A stretch of 64,000 nucleotides of DNA from Escherichia coli (GCF_024502345.1 NZ_JALDNN010000001.1); one strand, 5' to 3'. Shown: positions 19,900 through 30,072, counted from the first letter of the stretch. The notes: generated from the letters alone by a model not told the origin. Numbers and translations: made by a program.

Positions 19900-20949
19900 A
19901 TGGAAAATATTTTTGATACCAGCGTGCTGGTGCAGGTTGTTCCTAACCTGAAAACCAGTCAGAACTGGCTGCTCGATCGCTTCTTCCCGAATGTCGTGAC
20001 TTACGAGACTGAAGAAGTGGCGATTGATGTTGATGTCGGCCTGCGTCGTATGGCGCCGTTCGTCTCCCCGCTGGTGGAAGGTAAGCTGGTCGAATCCCGT
20101 AAATACCAGACCAATACCTTCAAACCGGCATACATCAAAGATAAGCGCGCGCCGGACCTGCGCAAACCTATCCGCCGCCAGATTGGTGAGCGTATTGGCG
20201 GGGAATATACCGCTGCCGAGCGCGAAATGCTGAACCTTCAGTTTGAAATGACTGACCAGATTGACATGATCAACCGTCGTCTGGAATGGATGGCGGCGAG
20301 TGCGCTGGTGTCTGGGACCGTAACCGTCGCCGGGGAGGGCTATGAAACTAAGGTGGTGGATTTCGGGCGTGCTTCGGATCTGACCATCACTCTTAGCGGC
20401 TCGGATAAATGGCCACTGACCGTTGCAGCTGGCGCTACCAATACCCAGCCATCAGATGACATTGAAATCTGGCAGACTACTTTCCTGAAAGAGTCCGGCT
20501 CTGTCGCCACGGATCTGGTCTTTACGAATAAGTCATGGCGTGCATTCCGACTGGATACCACCATCAAGGATAACGCCATTACATTCCCGGCGCTGAGCCC
20601 GTTTGGTAACCAGATTAACGCCGGCCCACAGGTAATGAAGGGCGCAATTTATAAAGGGCGCTGGGGTAACTTTGACCTCTGGTTATATAACGACTGGTTT
20701 ATTGACCCGCTGGACAACGTCGAGAAGCCTATGATCCCCGATGGCGCTGTCATTATGAGTGGTGCCGATCTGATGGGTACCCGCGCCTTTGGCGTTATCC
20801 TGGACCCGGCTTTCAACTACGGTCCGCTGGCTTATGCGCCAAAATCCTGGGTGAAAGAAGATCCAGCCCAGCGTCTTATCCTGATGCAATCCTCCCCGCT
20901 GGTAATTCCGAGCCGGGTAAATGCATCCCTCTGCGCAACGGTGGTCTGA
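19900..20949 (+). CDS. major capsid protein (lambda gpE-like)
   Basis: 349 aa from MENIFDTSVLVQVVPNL; gene order. Confidence 0.8.
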   Translation: MENIFDTSVLVQVVPNLKTSQNWLLDRFFPNVVTYETEEVAIDVDVGLRRMAPFVSPLVEGKLVESRKYQTNTFKPAYIKDKRAPDLRKPIRRQIGERIGGEYTAAEREMLNLQFEMTDQIDMINRRLEWMAASALVSGTVTVAGEGYETKVVDFGRASDLTITLSGSDKWPLTVAAGATNTQPSDDIEIWQTTFLKESGSVATDLVFTNKSWRAFRLDTTIKDNAITFPALSPFGNQINAGPQVMKGAIYKGRWGNFDLWLYNDWFIDPLDNVEKPMIPDGAVIMSGADLMGTRAFGVILDPAFNYGPLAYAPKSWVKEDPAQRLILMQSSPLVIPSRVNASLCATVV

Positions 20950-20950
20950 T

Positions 20951-21331
20951 ATGGCAAAACAACCTAATACCGGGCTGGCTGATGATCTGAATGCAGAAGG
21001 ATCTGCCAAAGACGGCCTGAGCGTTGACAACCTGAATGCTGGCGATAACACCCAGGAAAAACAGCCTTTGAGCAAAACAGATGATGCCGAATTGTCTGTT
21101 GATGACGATGGTGGTGACGAAAAATCCGGAGACACTGAATCGCAGGAGTATGTGGTGTTGAAAGGGAATTGCATTCGTCATGACGGGGAGATGTACCGCG
21201 AAAATATGCGCATCCCTGTAACCGGCAAAGATGCTGAGCGTCTTCTGCAGTCCGGCGTTATTGCTGATGTTGATGTGCTTCGTAAGCGAGTTCTTGCTTC
21301 TCAGCCATCAGTTTCAGTTACGACAGGGTAA
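20951..21331 (+). CDS. hypothetical head-module protein
   Basis: 126 aa, acidic N-terminal half. Confidence 0.5.
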   Translation: MAKQPNTGLADDLNAEGSAKDGLSVDNLNAGDNTQEKQPLSKTDDAELSVDDDGGDEKSGDTESQEYVVLKGNCIRHDGEMYRENMRIPVTGKDAERLLQSGVIADVDVLRKRVLASQPSVSVTTG

Positions 21332-21335
21332 TGAC

Positions 21336-21695
21336 ATGGGCGTGGACTGGGATTCTCATCTTCTGAGTCCGCTGCATGATGTCTTTGGCGATGAGCACGA
21401 GTACCGTCCACGTAACGGTACTCCTTTTACAATTAACGGGATTTTTGACCGTGGTTATGCGCAGGTTGCTGAAAACCTTGATGGCGATTCAGAAATTAAC
21501 ACCTCCAGCCCGATGTTGGGTGTGCGCGATGCTGAATTTCGCAAGCTGGGTAAATCGCAACCTGCTGTATCTGACCGGGTATTTATAAAGACGGTCGGTG
21601 GTCACATCATCAATCAGTTATTTGTTGTGTCAAACGTCGAACCCGACAGTCATGGCGGATCTCGTCTTGTCCTCAATGTGGTAAAACCGCGATGA
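21336..21695 (+). CDS. putative head completion/head-tail connector protein
   Basis: 119 aa, position after capsid. Confidence 0.45.
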   Translation: MGVDWDSHLLSPLHDVFGDEHEYRPRNGTPFTINGIFDRGYAQVAENLDGDSEINTSSPMLGVRDAEFRKLGKSQPAVSDRVFIKTVGGHIINQLFVVSNVEPDSHGGSRLVLNVVKPR

Positions 21696-22237
21696 ATTCA
21701 GCAGCGATACGGCAAATGGTTGTCACTGCACTAACCGGGACAACCAGCGCGGGCGACCGCGTATTCTCTCCACGCGACTGGTCAACTTCACCAGATATGT
21801 ATCCTGTGTTGTTGGTTCAGACGCCTTTTGAACAGAAAAAATCACAGGGGCGTAATACCCCTGCTTTTACCACCCTCACCACTGTCAGGATCACTGGGCG
21901 CGTTCAGGAGTATGACGGCGATACAGTGGATGATGGAGCCATGCGGGCAGAGCTGGCGCTTGAAAGCCTTCGCGAGCAGGTGGAGCGCGCGGTGATCAAC
22001 AGCTACGAACTGACGCGGAATATTCAGAAATACGCGGAAGTTCGTTCAACCATCAATGTTGATTCAGAAGGAGAGGCCCATATGGGGCAGCTTCTTTTCG
22101 AGATCGATATAGAGCATTACCAGGGGCCGGAAGATTTTTATCCTGTCCAGTCGGTTCCCCTTGAGGGCATGGATATTGCGGTCGACATGCCAGACGGCAC
22201 AGTTAAACCGGGTATCAGCCTCAATCTTCAGGAGTAA
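21692..22237 (+). CDS. putative tail completion/terminator protein (Mu-like)
   Basis: 181 aa, directly upstream of sheath. Confidence 0.5.
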   Translation: MNSAAIRQMVVTALTGTTSAGDRVFSPRDWSTSPDMYPVLLVQTPFEQKKSQGRNTPAFTTLTTVRITGRVQEYDGDTVDDGAMRAELALESLREQVERAVINSYELTRNIQKYAEVRSTINVDSEGEAHMGQLLFEIDIEHYQGPEDFYPVQSVPLEGMDIAVDMPDGTVKPGISLNLQE

Positions 22238-22240
22238 TCC

Positions 22241-22438
22241 ATGTTTGTTAAGCCGAACAACGGGCTCAGCGTTCGCTGCCCCGTCAAGGGCATCCCATTG
22301 CCTAAAGAGGGTGCTGAAGTACCTGACAATATTTTCTGGCGTCGCCGTCTGAGCGATGGGGACGTGATCCTCTCTAAAAAGGATGAGGGCGCGCCAGAGA
22401 AACAATCATTACCTAAAAAAGCGGGAGAAAATGAATGA
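22241..22438 (+). CDS. small hypothetical tail-module protein
   Basis: 65 aa, overlaps sheath start. Confidence 0.45.
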   Translation: MFVKPNNGLSVRCPVKGIPLPKEGAEVPDNIFWRRRLSDGDVILSKKDEGAPEKQSLPKKAGENE

Positions 22439-23937
22439 CCGTACCTTTCGCTCGTGTTCCCGATAACCTGCGGGTAGGGCTTTTCTTCGTTGAGTTTGAT
22501 AACTCAATGGCGAATAACGCCACTGCCACGCAGCGCACCCTGCTTATCGGTGGGATGCTCAGTACCGGCTCAACCCTCCCTGGTATTCCGCAGCGAGTTT
22601 CCTCTTCGGATACCGTCGGTGAGCTGACAGGAAAAGGGGGAATTCTGCAGGCCATGATGGCGGCGTATCAGAAAAATGATACCGCAGCCGAAGTCTGGAT
22701 CCTGCCGCTGGAGGAAGACTCCGATTCCATGGTGGCTGCAACCGGCACCATTAGAGTGAGCAGCGCACCGACGGAAACCGGAGTGATCTCCCTTTATATT
22801 GCTGGTGAGCGCATTCAGTTGACCGTTGTAGCAACAGATACGGTGGCAGCGATCGCCACCTCTCTGGCCGCGGCGATTAACGCAAAAACCACGCTACCTG
22901 TAACCGCCAGTGCGACTACGGATACCGTAACCCTGACCGCGAAGAATCTTGGTGCTACGGGTAATGGGATCGACATTCGCCTGAACTTCCTCGGCTTACC
23001 TGGAGGCGAGTCCACACCTGCAGGCCTGGAACTGACGATTACTGCTATGTCTAACGGAGTCGGGGCTCCGGATATTACCGGCGAGCTGGCAAACCTGCAG
23101 GATCGGACATTCGATTTCATCATCAACCCTTACGACGATACAACCTCGTTGAATGTGATGAAGGAGTTCCTGTCAGACACTGGCGGTCGCTGGGCATGGG
23201 ACAAGCAGCTTTATGGCCATTCCTTTGGTACAACCACCGGGACTTACGCCCAGCTCGGTACCAAAGGTGAGCTGCGCAATAACCAGCATGAGACCCTGCT
23301 GGGCGTAAATAAATCGCCGTCCCCTTCCTGGGCATGGTCTGCAGCTTACACCGGCGCAGCTGCGGTGAGTCTGCGTAATGACCCCGGCCGCCCGCTACAG
23401 TCGCTCGCTGTTCAGGGGGTGCTTGCGCCAGAACTGCAGGATCGCTTTGAGCTGACCGAGCGTAACAATCTGCTGTACAGCGGCATTTCGACATTTACGG
23501 TCGATGACGATGGCACGGTGCGCATTGAAAACCTGATCACCACCTACCAGAAAAACAGCTATGGCGATGCAGATGACAGTTATCTGGAAGTGGAGACGCT
23601 GTTCAGCCTGATGTTTGTGACCCGCTACCTGCGCACAGCGGTGACCAGCAAGTTTGGCCGTATGAAGCTTGCTGCGGATGGAACCCGATTTGCACCTGGC
23701 GCGGCGATCGTCACGCCAAACATTATCAAGGCCGATCAGATTGCCGAGTACCAGACTCTGGTATGGAACGGTTATGCGCAGGATGCGGAGGCATTCGCAA
23801 AAAATATCATCGTCGAGCAGAACGCCAAAAATCCGAACCGCGTCGATGTGCTGTGGCCGGGAACCCTCATGAACCAGTTGCGCATTTTCGCGCTGCTCAA
23901 TCAGTTCCGCACTCGGGCTGAATCAACAGGAGCTTAA
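22435..23937 (+). CDS. contractile tail sheath protein (Mu gpL-like)
   Basis: 500 aa, followed by tube gene. Confidence 0.8.
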   Translation: MTVPFARVPDNLRVGLFFVEFDNSMANNATATQRTLLIGGMLSTGSTLPGIPQRVSSSDTVGELTGKGGILQAMMAAYQKNDTAAEVWILPLEEDSDSMVAATGTIRVSSAPTETGVISLYIAGERIQLTVVATDTVAAIATSLAAAINAKTTLPVTASATTDTVTLTAKNLGATGNGIDIRLNFLGLPGGESTPAGLELTITAMSNGVGAPDITGELANLQDRTFDFIINPYDDTTSLNVMKEFLSDTGGRWAWDKQLYGHSFGTTTGTYAQLGTKGELRNNQHETLLGVNKSPSPSWAWSAAYTGAAAVSLRNDPGRPLQSLAVQGVLAPELQDRFELTERNNLLYSGISTFTVDDDGTVRIENLITTYQKNSYGDADDSYLEVETLFSLMFVTRYLRTAVTSKFGRMKLAADGTRFAPGAAIVTPNIIKADQIAEYQTLVWNGYAQDAEAFAKNIIVEQNAKNPNRVDVLWPGTLMNQLRIFALLNQFRTRAESTGA

Positions 23938-23940
23938 ACG

Positions 23941-24312
23941 ATGGCAGGTGATACTACTAACCGCCTGGCGGGAACCGCCTATGTCACTGTTAACGGTGTG
24001 ACGGTAATGGTGGAGGGCTCGTTTAAATACCAGGCTGCCACCGTAAACCGTACCACCCTGACAGGGATGGATGGTGTGCACGGATATAAGGAAAAACCTG
24101 TGGCGCCATACATTTCTGCCCGACTGCGTGACAGTGGCGGAACGAATGTGCAGGGCTTTAACCAGCAGACGAACGTCAACGTGATCGCCGAGCTGGCTAA
24201 CGGGAAAACTATCATTGGCCGTTCACTCTGGACGGTCAACGTCCAGGAAGTGGAAAGCGAAGATGCAGTATTTGATGTTCGCTGGGAAGGCCGCGACGTA
24301 ACGGAGAACTAA
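23941..24312 (+). CDS. tail tube protein (Mu gpM-like)
   Basis: 123 aa, position. Confidence 0.75.
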   Translation: MAGDTTNRLAGTAYVTVNGVTVMVEGSFKYQAATVNRTTLTGMDGVHGYKEKPVAPYISARLRDSGGTNVQGFNQQTNVNVIAELANGKTIIGRSLWTVNVQEVESEDAVFDVRWEGRDVTEN

Positions 24313-24313
24313 G

Positions 24314-24592
24314 ATGGCTGAGATTGAACGCGTTAAAACCATTCCATTAACCGTAGCGCTGGATGATGCTGCGGAGAAGACCACTTATACGCAGCTGGAG
24401 CTGAAAGCACCCACGCTAAGCCAGGCTGAGCAGTTTTACGAGAAACAGGCTGCGTCAACGTCGCTCGCGGCGATGCGCCTGCTTATTGCGCTGGTTTCCG
24501 GTACGCGTGAAAGCGTACTGCAGCCGATGGATTTTCTCGACTTCCGTAAGTGTGAGGAGTATCTGCTCAGTTTTTTGACCTGGAAGCCCTGA
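24314..24592 (+). CDS. tail assembly chaperone (short form)
   Basis: 92 aa, immediately upstream of tape measure; contains slippery heptamer near 3' end. Confidence 0.7.
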   Translation: MAEIERVKTIPLTVALDDAAEKTTYTQLELKAPTLSQAEQFYEKQAASTSLAAMRLLIALVSGTRESVLQPMDFLDFRKCEEYLLSFLTWKP

Positions 24593-24741
24593 CAACCTGG
24601 CAGGAAATGGCCGCTGACGTCACCTTCTATTTCCGCTGGTCTGAGGACAGGGCGTGGGGAATGACCCGCGCCCGGCTGAAATGGTGGGTGGCGCAGGCAT
24701 CCCGGATAAACAAGCTTAGGAAACCTGAAGACGATGAGTAA
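24314..24741 (+). CDS. tail assembly chaperone, -1 frameshifted long form
   Basis: Zero-frame ORF to 24577 joined to -1 frame extension ..TWQEMAADVTFYFRWSEDRAWGMTRARLKWWVAQASRINKLRKPEDDE. Confidence 0.55.
24571..24577 (+). promoter_or_regulatory. Programmed -1 ribosomal frameshift slippery site T TTT TTG
   Basis: ttttttg with TTT TTG in the zero frame; the -1 frame stays open to 24741, overlapping the tape-measure start. Confidence 0.65.
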
Positions 24742-26662
24742 TTCTTTTGATTTTGAGCTGGTGGCCAGCGACCAGGTTAGCGAGGCTATAGACCGCATTA
24801 ATGAGGCTGTCCGTGACCTGGAGCCGAAGCTAGATAAAACTAAAGAAGGGCTCAAGTTAGGCGGTCAGGAAACAGCCGACGGACTGAGCGGTTTTATTTC
24901 TCGCCTCGAGAATATGTCGAAGAGCGCGCGGGATAACGTGCAGTTTATTGGCGACATGGTTCCCCCACTGAAAATGGTGGGGGAGCTCACGGGGAAGATG
25001 GGGGCGCTGGGGTTAGCCGGTGCTGCCGGCTACGGACTGAAACAGGTCGCTTATGGATTTCGGGAGGCATCCCGTCAGGCCTATAATCTTGATGTCTCGG
25101 CAAAAAATGCGGGAATGCGCGTTGACGATTTTACCCGACTTTCCGGGGCAATGCGTATTCTTGGGGCAGACAGCGAGAGCGCTAATGCATCAATAGAAGG
25201 TATTTTCAAAGCATTCAATGAGGCTGCCAGTGGTAAAAACGAGGGGGTTATGGCAGCGATGGCGCAAATTGGTGCTCAAATCCAAAAAAACAGCGATGGT
25301 TCAGTAAATACCCTTAAAACACTGGAGTCTATCGCAAAAATTTTTCCAACCTTGCGACCTGAACAGCAGAAGTCCGCCGCTGATGCACTTGGGCTGACGC
25401 CCGAATTGCTGGCGCTAATGCGTGACGGTGAGCGCATGAAAAAGCTGCTGGCGAAATCGGATGAATTTGGTCTGACTGTGGATCCGGCACTAAATCAGCA
25501 ATTGAGTGAAGTGAACGGCACTATGAATGAGCTCAGCGCATCCTGGGATGGTCTGTGGCAACGTTCAAAAAACAAGGCACTTAAGACCATTCTTTCGGAT
25601 GGTTCAGTCAAAGACGGCCTTGAAGGTGTTACCGATCTGTTCACTAATGGTGATTTTACTGGGCTGTCTCATGCTCTCGGTTTTATCAACAGCAATGATG
25701 CTGAGAAACTACGGCGCATTCAGAACGATAAGGAACTTTATAACAGCTTACCCCGCAGTGAACGTGGGCAGGTTGACGCGGGTTTCATGACTGATGCTGT
25801 AAGAAAGCGGTACGATGCGAATTACCGCGCGACCGATTCTGCGATTCAATTGCAGAATGACTTATCCGCTATCAGCCAGCCACAATCCAACGTTGCACGC
25901 GGCAATGTTCCTTACGGGGAAACAAGGAATAACGCAATTGGCTTCAGAAATAATAATCCCGGTAATTTGAGGGCTGCAGCAAACGCAACGGGTAAAAATG
26001 GCGGATTTTCTACCTTTGCGAATGATGCCGACGGAAGAGCTGCAATGGCGAGACAGCTGATGTTGTATGGTGACAGGGGGAATAATACTCTGGATGGGAT
26101 TATTCATACCTATGCTCCGCAATCAGAGAATAATACTCGTGCATATATTGATTCCGTATCAAAAAGTACTGGGTTTGGAGCGCAGCAGCGTATTAATCTC
26201 CACGATCCTGATGTGTTAAAAACACTGATGGCAGCAATGATTAAACATGAAAGCGGAGCACAGCCGTATACCGAAAATGAACTGAGCGATTCTGTCCGGA
26301 CGGCCATCATTGACGATCGGTGGAAGGGTTTACGTAGCCCGGAAGTTCTGGCTCAACAGCGATATGATATTATCTCAGGTTCGCAAACTGGAAATCGTGA
26401 CTCCAGCACTCTTAGTAACCCGAGTGATGAAACTGATATTCTCTCAGGCTCGCAGAACAGAAATCGGGAATCCATCATTCTGAGTGATACGGGTAAGAAA
26501 AGTGATGAAAGTGTACTCGGCGACAATCTGGCTAAGTCTCTTAAAGAGGCAATGTCAGAACAACCACTTAAGCTCGAAATCACAATGGTTAATGATAAGG
26601 GTGAGCGAAAAACCTATAATGCGGAAAATAATGGCAGAATAACAACGGCCATGAATTACTGA
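24734..26662 (+). CDS. tail tape measure protein
   Basis: 642 aa, helical-rich, position after chaperone pair; C-terminal imperfect tandem repeat (ISGSQTGNRDSS / LSGSQNRNRESI). Confidence 0.8.
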   Translation: MSNSFDFELVASDQVSEAIDRINEAVRDLEPKLDKTKEGLKLGGQETADGLSGFISRLENMSKSARDNVQFIGDMVPPLKMVGELTGKMGALGLAGAAGYGLKQVAYGFREASRQAYNLDVSAKNAGMRVDDFTRLSGAMRILGADSESANASIEGIFKAFNEAASGKNEGVMAAMAQIGAQIQKNSDGSVNTLKTLESIAKIFPTLRPEQQKSAADALGLTPELLALMRDGERMKKLLAKSDEFGLTVDPALNQQLSEVNGTMNELSASWDGLWQRSKNKALKTILSDGSVKDGLEGVTDLFTNGDFTGLSHALGFINSNDAEKLRRIQNDKELYNSLPRSERGQVDAGFMTDAVRKRYDANYRATDSAIQLQNDLSAISQPQSNVARGNVPYGETRNNAIGFRNNNPGNLRAAANATGKNGGFSTFANDADGRAAMARQLMLYGDRGNNTLDGIIHTYAPQSENNTRAYIDSVSKSTGFGAQQRINLHDPDVLKTLMAAMIKHESGAQPYTENELSDSVRTAIIDDRWKGLRSPEVLAQQRYDIISGSQTGNRDSSTLSNPSDETDILSGSQNRNRESIILSDTGKKSDESVLGDNLAKSLKEAMSEQPLKLEITMVNDKGERKTYNAENNGRITTAMNY

Positions 26663-26693
26663 TCACTGTCGTCATTTCGTTAAGGAAGAAGTT

Positions 26694-26942
26694 ATGAATG
26701 AAAAAGTTTTTGGAGCAAAAGCCATTTAGACTCCAAAGGTTTTTGCGCTTGTTTACCTGGTAATTGGCATTTTCCTCGTTTTTTCTGTTGTCTCAATGAA
26801 TTTCACGGCGATTACGATATCGGTGGTAAGTGCATTGCTTTTACGTGTGCTTTATGAGTTCCTAATGAACTCATTCAAGGCGACTGAGCATCTTTACAGG
26901 ATCGCCGAATCTCTTGACCGTAATGGATCCAGCGATAAATAG
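26694..26942 (+). pseudogene. small membrane protein ORF interrupted by an in-frame amber (TAG) codon at 26727-26729
   Basis: SD aaggaag then ATG; 11 codons, TAG, then the same frame stays open for 70 codons encoding a hydrophobic helix (VFALVYLVIGIFLVFSVVS...); internal ATG at 26796 has no SD. Confidence 0.5.
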
Positions 26943-26965
26943 ATAAGTCATTTCAGTGCATATGT

Positions 26966-26993
26966 AAACCGCCGACATGGCGGTTTTTTTATT
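26966..26993 (+). terminator. rho-independent terminator
   Basis: aaccgccgacatggcggtt followed by ttttttt. Confidence 0.8.
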
Positions 26994-27002
26994 TCCGGAG
27001 GC

Positions 27003-28409
27003 GTGATGCCGTCAATTATCCAGGACGCAATAACTTCTCTTTTGGGGGGAGATACCAGCGATGACTGGCAGGGGCAGTTACGGCCCAGCTCATTCAGAGG
27101 TGTGCCATTTGCAATTGTTGCTGAGGAAGGGAGCCACGGCCGACGCCAGGCGGTACATGAATATCCCTACCGTGATACAGCCTGGATAGAGGATATCGGG
27201 CGGGCAACACGGCGATTTGTTATTCGCGGTTTCTTGATCCAGAACAGCCAGGTTTACGGCGGCGGCGATGCTATCACGCAGCGCCAGTCACTGATTGAAG
27301 CCTGTGAACAAAAAGGTAGCGGTACGCTTGTCCATCCGACACTGGGCGAATTAACGGTTTCCATCCCTGAGAATGGTTTGCGTATTTCCGGTTCGATGGA
27401 GAACGGGCGAGTATTTGAATTTACCCTGATGGCAATTGAATCAGGGCTTAAAGTGTTTGCTGTCACGGGCAGTACCGTTGCAGGCGCCACGGTGAAAACC
27501 AACTATCTGAAACTGGTCAGCACTGCTGTGCTGAGCACGATTGCCAGAGTTAAGAGTGAAATCCGCGGTGTCACACAGGCTATAAACACCATCAGAGGCA
27601 CGGTCACGTTCTGGACTAACATGGTTGACAGCACCATCAGTCAGGTCACGAATCTCAGCAATGTCCTGAACTCCACGTTCGGGAATACCCGGTACGGACG
27701 TTACAGTAAAGGCTCTGTGGGCGGTAGTTCCTCTGCTGTTGCTGGCAAATCGTCAGTTGCTGATGTGGATGATGAGAGAGCACTGGCTGACAAGGTAACA
27801 GCCCAGTCGGTAATGGACCGGAAAAATGTTACCGACAGGTCGAGCCAGCTTAGCAGCTCCAACACACCTGATGAGTTTGTCCAGGGCGTCGCCGACGTGG
27901 TAAACGCAATTCTTAACAGCGCCGGCAGCGTTAATGACCGAATCACAGCGCTGGAAAAACTGGCTAATTCAATCAGCACGGAGTACCAGCAGTCCGACAG
28001 CAGCAAAGCGATTTCGGCGACCATGAACACGCTGATTGTTGTGCTATGTACTGGTGCCATGACCAGTGCCGCTGCGGACTCCAGACCAGCCAGTACAGAC
28101 GAGGCAGAAGAGTTAACTCAACGAGTTTCTGTGCAACTTGATACGGCGCTGGTTCTGGCTGGAGACCGCGCGGACGATGATATGTATAACGCGCTTCTCG
28201 CCGTCAGATCGGCATTCCTTTCTACGATGAGTGAGCGTGCTTCTGGTCTGAGCGAGCTTCTGCAGGTTACTACCGCTCAGCCGCTTCCGGCGCTGACGCT
28301 GGCAAACCGATTATACCAGGATGCCACCCGTGCAGATGAACTGGTACAGGAAGCGCGCGTACCGCATCCGGCGTTTATGCCGACAACCATGAAGGTACTG
28401 AGGCAATGA
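27003..28409 (+). CDS. Mu gpN-like DNA circulation protein
   Basis: 468 aa; N-terminal ..SSFRGVPFAIV.. region; gene order. Confidence 0.7.
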   Translation: MMPSIIQDAITSLLGGDTSDDWQGQLRPSSFRGVPFAIVAEEGSHGRRQAVHEYPYRDTAWIEDIGRATRRFVIRGFLIQNSQVYGGGDAITQRQSLIEACEQKGSGTLVHPTLGELTVSIPENGLRISGSMENGRVFEFTLMAIESGLKVFAVTGSTVAGATVKTNYLKLVSTAVLSTIARVKSEIRGVTQAINTIRGTVTFWTNMVDSTISQVTNLSNVLNSTFGNTRYGRYSKGSVGGSSSAVAGKSSVADVDDERALADKVTAQSVMDRKNVTDRSSQLSSSNTPDEFVQGVADVVNAILNSAGSVNDRITALEKLANSISTEYQQSDSSKAISATMNTLIVVLCTGAMTSAAADSRPASTDEAEELTQRVSVQLDTALVLAGDRADDDMYNALLAVRSAFLSTMSERASGLSELLQVTTAQPLPALTLANRLYQDATRADELVQEARVPHPAFMPTTMKVLRQ

Positions 28410-29491
28410 ATGCAGACAGCGATCTGGATGTTGTTTCTTTGACGGTCGACGGCAAAATCATCGAGGGGTGGGATTCTGTCCGGGTAACGCGGGGTATTGA
28501 GCGTTTTCCCTCTGATTTCGATCTTGGGCTAATGGATTACTTCCCTGGCAACGAAGATCGTCAACTCGTTGAAGAGGGAATGTCTTGTGAAGTTCGTATC
28601 GGAGATGATCTGACACTGACGGGATATGTTGATGACTGGGAACCCGCACTATCGCGCTCCCGCCATGAGGTCCGCGCCACGGGCAGGAGCAGATGTCAGG
28701 ACCTGGTGGATTGCTCAGCCGAGTGGCCTAACAACGTCATCAATGCCAGTAATGCGCTTGAAATTGCTTCTCGCCTGGCATCCTACTACGGCATCACCGT
28801 AACCACGGATGTTGATGAACTTGTGAAGGTACCCCAGTTCACTCTGAACTGGGGTGAGTCTCCGCAAGAAGTCATCGATCGGGTGGCCAGATGGTCTGCT
28901 CTGCTTTACTACGATCAGCCCGATGGAAACCTGTTACTGACCCGGGTGGGAACACGTCGTGCGGCAAGTGGGATAGCCGAAGGGGTAAATGTCGAGCAGG
29001 CATACTACCGCAAATCGATGGCTGACAGGTTTTCAGATTATGTCGGTGTATCAATGAGCGTTTCTCCAATTGCAGGGTATTCGCCTGATACGGCCTATGA
29101 CGCTGTGACTCTGGCAACGGCGAGAGATCCGGAGGCCGCCCGCATGCGGTACCGAAAACATATATCGATTGTGGAAAGTACCCTGATGGCTACTCAACAG
29201 GCACAAAGTGCGATCGACTGGGAAATGAACCGGCGGTACGGACGTTCAAAACAGCTCTCGGTAACCATCGATTCCTGGCGGGATAAAGACGGGAAACTGT
29301 GGGAACCAAACACATTGATCCCCGTTGATCTTCCCACCTTACGGTTGCCGAAGACTGAATTGCTACTGGCAGAAGTCACCTATATGCGCGATGACTACGG
29401 CACCCATGCACGCATGACGCTGATGCCGCCTGAAGCATTCTCCGTTCAGCCATATGCCTTCTACCAGAACCTGGCGGGATTCAATACATGA
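28406..29491 (+). CDS. Mu gpP-like tail/baseplate protein
   Basis: 361 aa; gene order. Confidence 0.7.
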   Translation: MNADSDLDVVSLTVDGKIIEGWDSVRVTRGIERFPSDFDLGLMDYFPGNEDRQLVEEGMSCEVRIGDDLTLTGYVDDWEPALSRSRHEVRATGRSRCQDLVDCSAEWPNNVINASNALEIASRLASYYGITVTTDVDELVKVPQFTLNWGESPQEVIDRVARWSALLYYDQPDGNLLLTRVGTRRAASGIAEGVNVEQAYYRKSMADRFSDYVGVSMSVSPIAGYSPDTAYDAVTLATARDPEAARMRYRKHISIVESTLMATQQAQSAIDWEMNRRYGRSKQLSVTIDSWRDKDGKLWEPNTLIPVDLPTLRLPKTELLLAEVTYMRDDYGTHARMTLMPPEAFSVQPYAFYQNLAGFNT

Positions 29492-30072
29492 AGCAACTAT
29501 TTAAACATGCAGCGACCAGGATCGCCGGCATGCTGGGGATTGGCCGGATCACGGCTATGAAAGATGGTGGGGTGGTGCAGTCTATCCAGTACCAGACTCC
29601 GCTGGAGGTGGCCAGCGCTCCGCGGATGGCAGAATTTGGCTTTTCATCCGGCCTGCCGTCAGGGACTGACGTGGTTCTGGCTTTTATTGGCGGTGATCGT
29701 TCCAGCGCGGTGGTAATTGCGTCCAACCATCAGGGGTTCCGTCATACAGGCCTGAAAGCGGGCGAAACGGTCATGTATAACCAGTGGGGCCTTAATATTC
29801 TCCTGACGGAGAAGGGGATCTTCCTGGATGCAAAGGGCCAGAATGTTGAGGTCAATAACGCCACTAACGTGACCATCAATGCCAGCCAGGGGATCCTTGC
29901 AAATACCCCGATCCTGAGGTGCACGGGTGACATTGTTGATAACTGTGAAACCAATACCCGAACACTGAAAGAGCTGCGGGATGCACATAATGACCATGAT
30001 CATGTGGTTAAAAATGCCCAGAGTGGCAATGACAATATCCGCAGCCAAAAAACAGAGGATCAGGTGACATGA
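29488..30072 (+). CDS. baseplate assembly/spike protein (gpV-like)
   Basis: 194 aa; gene order. Confidence 0.65.
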   Translation: MKQLFKHAATRIAGMLGIGRITAMKDGGVVQSIQYQTPLEVASAPRMAEFGFSSGLPSGTDVVLAFIGGDRSSAVVIASNHQGFRHTGLKAGETVMYNQWGLNILLTEKGIFLDAKGQNVEVNNATNVTINASQGILANTPILRCTGDIVDNCETNTRTLKELRDAHNDHDHVVKNAQSGNDNIRSQKTEDQVT

